Source: Octopus bimaculoides
Lineage: Eukaryota
NCBI RefSeq assembly: GCF_001194135.2
Contig: NC_068981.1
Span: 36,788,654 to 36,852,442 of the forward strand
DNA: 63,789 nucleotides
Direction: 5' to 3'
Shown here: positions 53,481-63,789 of the stretch, in pieces
How the letters are laid out: each line of letters starts with the position of its first letter
Position numbering within the stretch: position 1 is the first letter of the stretch
Notes under the pieces: model-generated
What the model was told of the DNA's origin: nothing
What the model saw: only the letters and a program-made list of their open reading frames with translations
Databases searched by the model: none
Program-made: the position numbers and the translations under genes

Positions 53481-55926
53481 AAAGAAAGAAAAAAAGAAAA
53501 CCACTTGACTGATTGTATTAAGTCATTCACTAACACACATTCTAGTCTCTGGCCTATAGACATGGATGGCAATAGAAAAGGTATCCAACTGCAAAAAACA
53601 GTTGCTTCAAGGAATAATCCATTCTTTTCATTGAAATATACAAAGGTAGATGTAAGTCAATAAAATAGATCTACCTTTCAGTATCTTTCTCTATACATCA
53701 TATGTGTCATTGAAGTACTTAATGATAACCTTGTATATCCTGAGTTTAAATCCTAATGCATTTAACCTTGCTTTTTCTCATCATGGGGTTGATAAAATAA
53801 GTAGTTGTCAAATTCTGGGATTCACATAATCAAAATTATTCTTCTGACGACTGTATGGCCTAATACCCAGGTTAGTACTTATAATTACAGAGAATTCAAC
53901 ATAACTCAATATTTTCCAAGATATTATGAATGATAATAACAGAAGAACCTCCAGTTTATGACTACTGAACACAACAGAAATATTTCTGAAAAAACAGAAG
54001 AAAAATATGTCCTATAAATCCTTACTTGGTTATTAGATGATGACAAGAAGCATCGCTTTCATATAATGTTTTAAGGGCAAGTCAGGCACTTATTTCTTTT
54101 TTTCCATGTTTCTGACAAAAGCCACAAACTACAGGTATTAGTAGAGTGAAATGATATGCCCCAATCAAGAATCTATGTTGTAGAATCGGTTCTTCAAGAT
54201 TTCATGAAATGTTACACAAATAAGTTACACCTATTTAATTCCTTTTCACAGAAGAAACTACAACCTAATTATGAGTCATCATCCATCTAATATGTATGTA
54301 TACAAGCTAAGGAAGTAAAGAGTTAATAGTTGCATTATCAATGGTGAGATGAAAGCTTCTTTTCCATTAAATATTATCTGAATCTAGTTGTGTTGAACTG
54401 ATGCTGATCCTTCATGAGAGCAAATTCTACTTCACTTCAAGTGTTAATGCCACTAGGAAGTTATAGCTTCTAATTTCATCTCTTCTTGATATAAAGCCTA
54501 TAAATTAAACCAAAACCTTTGAGAGGTTGGATAAACTGCATAAAGGAGAACAGCCCAACAATGAGGCAGGCTTGCCAATTACAAACTTCATTACTTGTAA
54601 AGTTTAATTTTGAATCAGTATTTTAGTTACCTCTTATGTCCAAGCAGCTTGGCTATAAAGTAAGTAATATATATCTTTTGATATGTAATTAGCTTTCTAG
54701 ACTATGAGGAAAAGAGAAATAAGAGATGAAATGTTTCATGCCTTAACTAAGAACATTATTATTTGTACGGTTGAACTTAACTAACCACTATTAGAAATTG
54801 AACTTATGTGTGGATCTCATTCCCTGAAGGTTTGCTGCTGTTCTACTTTTCAAAAGTAGGACCACTGGTACCAAATTTACCAGTCATGAAGAAAAATATA
54901 GCTATGTTTGTAGACATTAGAGAATATGTTTTCCATTCAGTAGACATTTAATCAGTGAAGTCACCTGAGTATTCAAAACACCAGGTTAGTGTTTATGAAA
55001 GCCAACAGAAAATGACTGTCCTGATTACTTTATTAACTGATGTATTGATGCATACTGTATCCAATTTATGTAAAAGTTCAGCATTCTTTATTAGTCCATT
55101 TGATTCAAAAGGCAAAACCAAGAAACAAAGGAAAAGGAAGAAAATCTTATTCTGTTACAGGTCACACTAATCACCCTATGTTGCAAAGATTTTTATTACA
55201 CTACCAGATATAGAAAGGAGAACTATCTGGAAATTAATCTTTTCTTCTCTCTGGCTTGGATTAAATGCCAACGTTTTCGATATGAAATTCTCTATGCTTC
55301 TAACTCTATTGAACTTTTATTTGATTATGGTTTAGCCAAATGTTTATCTCTGGTAGTGTTTTTCATATTCATATATTCTCTGATGCTGTTTGTTTGCTAG
55401 AGATAGTTTGAAGCTCTTGAATTATTAGTTATTTGTAAGCTGAACAATCAAATCAAATGTTACAAACAGTAACAACAACTAAACAGACGTCACAAAAACA
55501 ACTGTATCAATGTTAGCAACCACAAAAAGCACATACACAGACCATGACAAAACATACGACATTTAATCATTTGTAAATAATACCATAGCTTTATAGATTG
55601 ACCCATTCTTAAACGTGGCTTCCTCTTTTATCCCAATAATTTCTAACTTACTGGAAATATTTAAATCGATATGGTGTGAGCTCAAGGAACAGAAATACTC
55701 TACATATCTATAATTCTATTATGAAGTGTTTTTTTCATAAAAAAATATATTTACAGTATGATAAATTTATTATGAAGCAAGACTTGTTCAACTGAAATAT
55801 TTTTGTATGTGAAATATAAACTTGGTCATTGAATAAAAAGGTTTATATTTAACCAATGTCAGTATACAGTTTATAAATTCTTACAATCTTTACTTTTAGA
55901 TGTATAAGTTTAATAAACACATACGT

Positions 55927-56335
55927 GCAGGTAAGACTGTAATGGTTAAGAATTTGTTTCCCAACTTCATGGTTCTGGGTTCAATACCATTGTGTTGGAC
56001 AATTGTCTTCTATTATAGTATGGGCTGACTAAAGCTTTGTAAATGAATTTGGTAGATGAAAACTGCAGGAAGCTCATTGTGTGCATGTGAGTGTGTGTGT
56101 GTGTCTGTGAGTGTGTGTGTATGTTTATGTCTCCTTGTCTTGACATCACATGATAGTTGTAAATGTGTGCTATTGTCATAGAAACAGTCATTCATATCCA
56201 TTATTCTGTGGAAACATGTCTGACCATGGGGAATTATTACCTTTCTCAGAGTCAGGTGAGGTTGGAAACAAGAAGGGCATCAATCTGATAAAATCTGCCT
56301 CAACAAACTCTACCCAACCCATGCAAATATAGTAA
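55927..56335 (+). mobile_element. SINE family B variant
   Basis: ggttaagaatttgtttcccaac...gttctgggttcaatacc...; internal (TG)n. Confidence 0.7.
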
Positions 56336-57439
56336 CATGGACATTAAATTGATGGTGCTTATGATGATGATGATATTGTTTTTGATTTATAGTAAAGAGG
56401 AACAGAATATTGTGATATTTGTATCTTTCCCCAAAGAATCTAATGGTGTAAATGAAAGGAAATGGCAACAGAAAGATTATTTCGATAACTTTCTTCAGCT
56501 TTACTGTGATTTAACACATCAATGTAAAGCTTACATAAATAACCATAAAAACAAGAAACAACTGTTCAATGACTAAAACATATCTAAAAACATTGAAGCA
56601 TACAGCAAGTATTGTCTATGTACTCTTCAAATGATTTTTTATCTCTAATATTTCTCCGTCTCTTTATTTCCCTCTCTCTACTGTGATTACTCCCTAATTG
56701 TCAGTCTTACATAACCACATCTGTTCCACACATATTTCACCTATTTCGAAGCATGTGTTTATATTGTAGTCTATAGCTGATAGTATACTCAACACCAGTT
56801 AAAATTTGAAGAATGAGGTGATGGGTGAAAGAATATAACAGTAAGAACCAAGTTGATAAGGTATAAAATACATGGCATTAACATCCTTAAATCATACATC
56901 CAAAGAGTGAGTAGGAGAGCTACCTATGAATGCCTAAAAATGTAAAAAGCTTAATAGTTAAGTGGATGTTAGCATTATTGATGACAATAAATTTTAATTA
57001 AAATTAAAAAATTAGTGATGAAAACAATCATTATCTAAATGACTAATACTGAGAAAAAAAAAGTGAAAGGGGAGACAACCTTGAAATTTTCACTAACTGG
57101 GAAAATTACTCAACTATGGAATTCAGTAGAGTTTGTTTAATCTTTAGCAGTACAATGACGACTCTAGACCTGTTTCTGTCTTATTAGAACTCATCCAAAA
57201 AGCTTAGTTTGACTGCTAGATCTCAGAATGACTATAAATGTATAGCTTTTAGTAAATAAACACTTAGTGATATATAATAATTTCAAAGACTGGCTGTAAA
57301 AAAAATTACCAAAAGTTTCATGCCTGCTACAGGAAACCTTAATAGTAGAGTAAGTTCTAGCATAAGTGGTGTAGTGAGCCATGCAATTTTTATTCGTTAA
57401 GATAATGGCTTTAGTGATGAAAGCAGTCGTTGTATATAT

Positions 57440-58950
57440 CAGGAGTTGTCATACTTTTCTGTTGGTGGGCCATTGTGGATACTTTTAAAAACTTAAACTT
57501 TGTGAGCTAAAATGATTAAAAAATGAAATTATAATCATCTAAATCTACAAAAACAGGTTTTCTTTTGCTTATCTACTGTAAAACAAATGAAAAGTGAAAT
57601 TTTCATTAAGGTTTCATAAATCTGCACGAACTATTAATTAACGAGAATTATGAAATCTTTAGGGTGGGGGACAAAATTTTGTAAAATTGTGGTGCAAATT
57701 CTGTGGTTCCTGTACTCAAAACTGAAAGTGCTAATCCATTAACAGATTTGATATACTGCATCTTTGAAAATGTTTATTGCTTTCCACATAAATGAGCTGT
57801 ACCAAACTTTGAAACCAATGCCCAAGTAAAAAATTTGAAAGACCCATATCCCTCGGATGGAAAGCATTTACAAAGTAAACATTTTCTCTTTTGTATGTGT
57901 CTTTTAACATGTCATTTGACTGCAAAGGAATGACTTCCTGTTGAAGATCTGACGGAAGTTCCATGATAATGTAGTCAAATGGATTTTGCAAGATTTTTAA
58001 TGCTTTGGCATTTTCATTGGGACCTGGAAAATGCAGATGAAATGACAGGAGACTAGTGAGAATGTCTTGAACGAATTCAAAAGGAAATGGAGAGAATTTG
58101 TTTCTTTGTTGCATTTTCACAACAGGGAAAGTGGTTGAATTTAGTTATCATTAACTGGTTGTGAAAAAGAACCAATTTATGTTGGAAAGCTTTCACTGAA
58201 GAGATGTCACACACAAGCTCACAATTGTATTGAAATCTCAAACTGGACTTGTTAAGATGCATCATTAAGTCAGCTGAGAATGCCAATTTCCACTATCATT
58301 CACCATTTGCAAGTTGCAGTGGAGCACAATTTTCTCATTAAAATGTGTCAATCTCCATCCAAAGTCCAAATATTGTGAAATAATTTGCCAATGCTAAGTT
58401 ATCGTAAAGTAATATGGTATAGTGAATCACTATTTTCAGCTTCTATTTCTTCCGCAAATGCTCGAAATTGACAAGGATTGAGAACCTACAATCTAATAAA
58501 ATTCATTGTTAATATGACTGGCTTTATGACATGTGACAAATCTAAATATTTTCTCTGCCGGAACCTGCTGGTGAATGATGCACTGAAACACTAAAGGCTT
58601 TGAGCATTCAATACTGTCACAAGCCTTGTTGAATTTGTCCAACAAATCGTTTTCCCACATATTTTGTGATACATTTTAGGCATTTTCAAAGCAGATTGTA
58701 CATAGTCGATGTTTTTTTTCCCCACTTCTCCAAAAAAATCTTTGTCTAAGCATATTTTTTGCTGAAGCAAATTCTTCTATCACTTCAAAGTTAGTATTAA
58801 TTCCCTAAATGAACAACAGCAACATCAAATTGTCACACTGCCGTTGATTCGTCAAATATCAGAGAAAAACCACTAAAATATCTTGTGGTGTATTGTTTGA
58901 TTGACACAAGATATTGTCTGTGTCTTTGACTCTTTGTTATTATCTTTGCG
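57440..58950 (-). mobile_element. decayed Buster/Charlie-clade (SPIN/GTF2IRD2-like) hAT
   Basis: AFSADLMMHLNKSSLRFQ...LVCDI..VKAFQHKLVLFHNQL (58077-58286); LQNPF...ELPSDLQQEVIPLQSNDMLK (57731-58120); putative TIR caggagttgtcatactttt at 57440. Confidence 0.8.
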
Positions 58951-59106
58951 AAAAGATTAATATTATTCAAAAAATCGATCTTTTTTTTTTTTTGAACATA
59001 CTTCTTCCACTTAATTTACCTCATAAAAATAGTTTACTTTTTTTCGCAAATGAGTTATTATCAAACTTGGTTTAGTTCAGTTTCACTAATTGCATTTATC
59101 CTAGGA

Positions 59107-59393
59107 CAGTAGTTCCAAAATGTTTGCAGGCTGTTGTCTCCTTGGCACCCAGGCCAAATTCCTAGCGCCCCCTCACCCTCCCCACCACAAATGTAGACCA
59201 CTTTCTGTAGCAAATTCAAAGCAACTGTATTTCAAAAATAAAACTTAAACCAAATTAACCTATTAATATTTTTTTTTACATCTATCACCCCATTTTGGCC
59301 ACCCCATTTTCAACCTACTTTTCTTCAATGCCACCCCTCTGGATCTTTCCACCGCCCCCAAGGGGATAGTACTGCTCACTTTGGGAACCACTG
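59107..59393. mobile_element. Charlie-type non-autonomous hAT MITE
   Basis: TIRs cagtagttccaaaa / tttgggaaccactg; 8-bp TSD tcctagga / tcttagga (7 of 8 identical, central TA). Confidence 0.85.
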
Positions 59394-59725
59394 TCTTAGG
59401 AAAATAACTATTGTGATAAAATACACTGTTTCAAGCCTATATATTTCGTATGACATAGTTCTCCTGTTAGATGAGAATAGTGAGATGAATGTGTTGTTTA
59501 GTCATTCATCTATATATTATAATCCTTTTAGCACATCAATTGCCTCATTGCATATTTGAACAATACCTTTTGCAGTTACAAAATATTCCATTCTTCAATC
59601 TACTTCGAAGATGTCAGAGCCAACTTTTCACTACCAATTCCCATCATAATATATATATACATATATATATGCACGCATACGTATATATATTTAGAGTATT
59701 TAGGAAATTACTGGATACAGTTCTA

Positions 59726-60053
59726 ATATTTAGAGAAAGATTTTTTCAAAAAGTTAAGATTAAGAAAAAACTTTTTAGAGAGTAGAATGGTACTAATCTC
59801 TTGGAAGGAATTTCACAAAATTGTGTGTAGGCTTTAATAAATGTCCCAGTGCTTTCAATTCTCAGCATTATCAAGCACGTGCAATATACAATAGCAATAG
59901 CACATGCTTGATAATGTTGAGAACTGAAAGTGCTTGCACATTTATTAAAGCTTACACACAATTTGTGAAATTCCTTCCTAAAGGTACCATTCTACTCTCT
60001 AAAAAGTTCTTTTCTTAATCTTAACTTTTTGAAAAAGGTCTTTCTCTAAATAT
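59726..60053. repeat. long near-perfect palindrome (foldback)
   Basis: Arms of about 155 bp (atatttagagaaaga...caagcacgtgc / gcacatgcttg...tctttctctaaatat) around a ~17-nt loop. Confidence 0.9.
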
Positions 60054-60054
60054 G

Positions 60055-60103
<49 letters not shown>

Positions 60104-60540
60104 TTGTATGTATATCTATGTATATGTGTGTATATGTGTACTTAGGCATCACATGATTTTACAAAGGCTGCAAAATGGATAGGAATACATACAGAGAAAT
60201 ATAGCTGTAAGAAATGATGATGTATATTTTTGTATTTACAAAAGAAAATATTTTGATAGTTTGTTCTAGAAATTAGTATTATTTGCATACATGACATGAA
60301 GCAAAGTAACTGGGCAGTTTTGTTTCTCATTCAGTTTAAACCTATCTTAGCATTTACGACAGCCGAAAATGTGAATAAACAAACAGTTGAATCAGTTATA
60401 TGTTGGTATTATCAATGTTATATGGTAGAAAATATAAGAACAGAAAGCTTCACAAATTGGCTGTACAAGTTTCTGATTAGAATGTCACCTGGTGGCGATT
60501 ATGGAATAGCTGCACAAAAAATTAGTGAGATGATATATAT

Positions 60541-60704
60541 GTCCACTCTGCTGAGTGGTTGGTGTTAGGAAGGGCATCCAACTGTAAAAATCCTGCCAAA
60601 ACAGTCACAGAAGTCTGGTGCAGGCTTCTGCCTGGATGACTTTTCTGAAACCGTCTCACCGATGCTAGCATGGAAGGTGGACGTTAAACGATGATGATGA
60701 TGAT
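60541..60704 (+). mobile_element. RTE 3' terminal module
   Basis: gagtggttggtgttaggaagggcatcc...ggacgttaaacgatgatgatg. Confidence 0.85.
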
Positions 60705-62950
60705 GTTTCTATGCATGTATGCGTGTATCTGCCTGTCTATCTATGCCTGTCAGGTGAATTACAGTAGGATTGCTCACCTTAAATAATCCTTACAACTCAC
60801 TCTGGTTAGCCAGAACCTGGATTGTAACTGAGTGCTTGTACAATATCTGCTTGGATAATCTATCACTATCTACTCATCATCATCATCATCATCAACATAT
60901 GTACTTACATACATACATACATATGTACATACATACATACATACATGCATACATATACATATATATATATATATATATATACATGTGCATACACATACAT
61001 GCACATACACTATATATTATAGATATAAACATGACAGTTGTCTGCACAATACAAAGCTTGACCATCCCAATCTACATGATGTTCAGTTCTCATATGAAAT
61101 CTTATGTGATTTTTAGACCAGATTAGCCCTTGGCATCGAATTCGAAAAGCGACACCTAAATAGCATCAACCTCCTCCTTTCTCCAGCAATGAAAGCTTAC
61201 TCTGCATAAAAGTCCTACTATTTTCTCAAATCTATGAGTGAGTGCCTCAATTAATACCATCTTGGTCAGACTATTGTTATTTGATTTTTTATACAATAGG
61301 AGCAATGTCATTGGTTTTGATGCCATGTCATCGACAAGAGGGTAATTTTCCATTAATTCAATATTTGTGTTAACTTAGAGGGCATATGAAAGAGCTTTGA
61401 GAAATATCCTATATAACGTTTTTTGGATGGAAACAATATTAGTCAATATTGTCTGACTGTCTGCAGTTCTTACAGGTACTATTGAAGAAGATTGTGGGCC
61501 ACATATATGGCTATAGAAGAAGACACTTACTCAAGGTATATTAGGTATATTATGAATGTGCCTGTGTATGTGTATATACAAACATATACATAGAGATAGA
61601 TGTCTTCATATACAAATATATATTCTCGCAAAACTTCGTATGCTAAGAGAGGACAGTTTATATTGGGAGCAACTTTTAGTTGGACACATACATTTATATC
61701 TTTATACATAATAGACTTGTATTTTAGTTCTTGGTGTTGGCACTTAGGTAGTACATTATATGCGTAGTTTCGAAATTATTTCAGAAAATAATAAAGGATC
61801 ATGAGCTACTTATTATACACCTGGTAGTTATATTTGTGTGACCCCTCAGAGACTATTATGTACTCCAGTATCCAACCTTTACACATGACTTCTAACATGT
61901 GCAGTATATCACAGGAGGAAATACAGCTCCTGGTTAGTGAGCCCCCTCGCAAGTGTTATAATTTTAACTCATAACATTTCTTGGCTACATAATGCATGCT
62001 AGGAAATACTTTGATTAATCATCCAATGTAGCAGATTTGAATTAAGTTGCAAATATATTTTGATAAAAGAATGTACACTTATGAGCAATCAGTAGTTTTT
62101 ATATCTATGTGACCATATGTTCAAATAGTAATCTTGGAAAACCAGGTTAATTGGTACAAAAATCAAAAACCAGTAAACAATATATTAAAGTAAGACAGAT
62201 TTGTTTGATATTTAACAGTGATGTTCACGGATTTGAATAAATTCATATGCAACAAAAAGGAAGAGAATTCTGTCGTTCCAGGAGAAAATAAGACTTTTTG
62301 TCAGACGAAGAGACAATCTTGAAACAATGGATTCCAATTCTTTTCACGGAATACATGACTTACATTATATATTCTTTGCCAACATATACCAGTTCAATTG
62401 AAGTCTTGATATTTAACATATAACTTTAATTAGCTCTTGGTGCCTGAATTTCAGAGGAGAAACTTCGAACCTAAGATGCTAAATCTTTCTTCATTTGAGA
62501 AATTCGGAAAACAAAGTAACATAAAGTTAGAGGTCACCAGAATTATGGAGTTGTAATGAACTCCAGTAAACTTCGGATACTAATCTAATTGGGAAATTCA
62601 TAGTTTCCAATTTCTTCTCCTGTAGAAATTCCAGACAGTCCCCTACAAATTAGATCATTGAGTGAGTGGACACTCACTGATCTAATTTAGTCGATGTTAT
62701 CAGTACAGGTCCAACAATCAAGATTATTTAGATAAAGAATAAAAAGAAGTTGAACATAGACACATTACTTCCTCTCGTATCACAGGAGAAGCGTATTTTT
62801 CTTGTCATTCAACCACCAGAACATAGTGTCATATTACTCTCTCTCTCTCTCTCTATCATATAAATATATAGATAGAGATATAATTTACACATATATGTCT
62901 ATTATATATATACATACATGCATTCTCTCTGTCACCGTTTTCTCTCTGTG

Positions 62951-63006
<56 letters not shown>

Positions 63007-63599
63007 TTATATTTTTGCGAAAAACTAATTTTCTACTAATTTATTTCGTTATGAAAATAATTATGTCATAGAGCGAGTGTTTACACAGGGGTGAGCGCAT
63101 ATAGTTGTAGTAATGAATTCCTGGATACTATTTATTCTTGTTATTCCGGCTTGGATTTCATAATATATAAATGTGGCAAATTTTTTTCTTTGATTAGACT
63201 ACAGAAAAAAATATTTTAACATATAGATATTTAGACAATAGCTGTCAATCAATTATTATACTCTTGTCTGATATCGTGGTTTTAACATTTTTTCAAAATA
63301 TAGAAAGTTCATTCATATCTGTAGAAAACTTTTCTGTAGAAATTTCTTCACCTTCTCAGCTATTTTCTTTCTAGCGATGATACTTATTTATTTTTTGTTT
63401 ATTACTTTCATTTTATCTATGTTTTTACTGAGAATTATTTCCTTGTTGTTTTCACTTTGACCTAAATATGATGTGTGGATTTCCAAGTCTTATTTATATT
63501 TTACCTCAGATAAGACACACTATTTACTGAAACCCTTATAAACAAGTAGTGCTAATTCAGTAATAAAATTATATATATACATACATACATATATATATG

Positions 63600-63789
63600 G
63601 GAGAATTTATGAAAAAAAAAAACAACAGACGAGGACAGGTGGTGTAAACAACAAAAGGATGTATTAGTCTAACGCTCGGGAATAGAGAAAGTCTTTAACG
63701 TTTCGAGCTACGCTCTTCAAAAGAAAGAATACGGAGAAAACAAGGAGAAACACACGCGCTGACCAAAACATTCAATTTCTTTTCTCCGT
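63600..63789 (-). mobile_element. probable Penelope-type pseudo-LTR fragment, cut by the window edge
   Basis: Higher GC/CpG than flank, follows a TA microsatellite, contains a hammerhead-like core. Confidence 0.5.
63691..63723 (-). ncRNA. minimal type I hammerhead-ribozyme-like motif, C3 mutated
   Basis: Minus strand cttt-TGAAGA-GcgtagctC-GAAAC-GTT-aaagac, with an ACGT palindrome at stem III. Confidence 0.5.

Noticed and set aside
54515-54665. Exon-like segments on both strands (NEVCNWQACLIVGLFSFMQF on minus; LPLMSKQLGYK on plus)
   Set aside because: The readings conflict, and the minus-strand model needs a 37-nt intron and a weak donor.
60296-60568. 90-aa ORF behind a plausible acceptor
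   Set aside because: No recognisable motif, and its end runs into an RTE module.

Overview
AT-rich, microsatellite-laden eukaryotic DNA with four N gaps. The repeat families (tRNA-type SINEs, RTE LINEs ending ...ggacgttaaacgatgatgatg, abundant TA/CA/CAT/TAA tracts) are what I recognise from octopus genomes; that assignment is inference. I found no confident host protein-coding gene, tRNA, rRNA or CRISPR array. The window is essentially a graveyard of decayed transposons: piggyBac-like, D34D mariners, DD37D (maT) elements, three or four hAT transposases, MITEs, CR1/L2-like and RTE LINEs, an R4/Dong-like LINE, two Penelope-like (RT + C-terminal GIY-YIG) copies and two SINE families. Most ORF-track entries are microsatellite or N-gap artefacts. 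The most interesting observations are: an Asn/Ser-rich expansion inside the GIY-YIG domain of both Penelope-like copies; a minimal hammerhead-like motif at the right edge; a 62-bp hairpin minisatellite grown from an RTE 3' module; two SINE/LINE tail-sharing relationships; a ~330-bp foldback; and one weak candidate terminal exon of a membrane protein. I do not see a convincing novel multi-gene system. Boundaries of decayed elements are approximate, read by eye.
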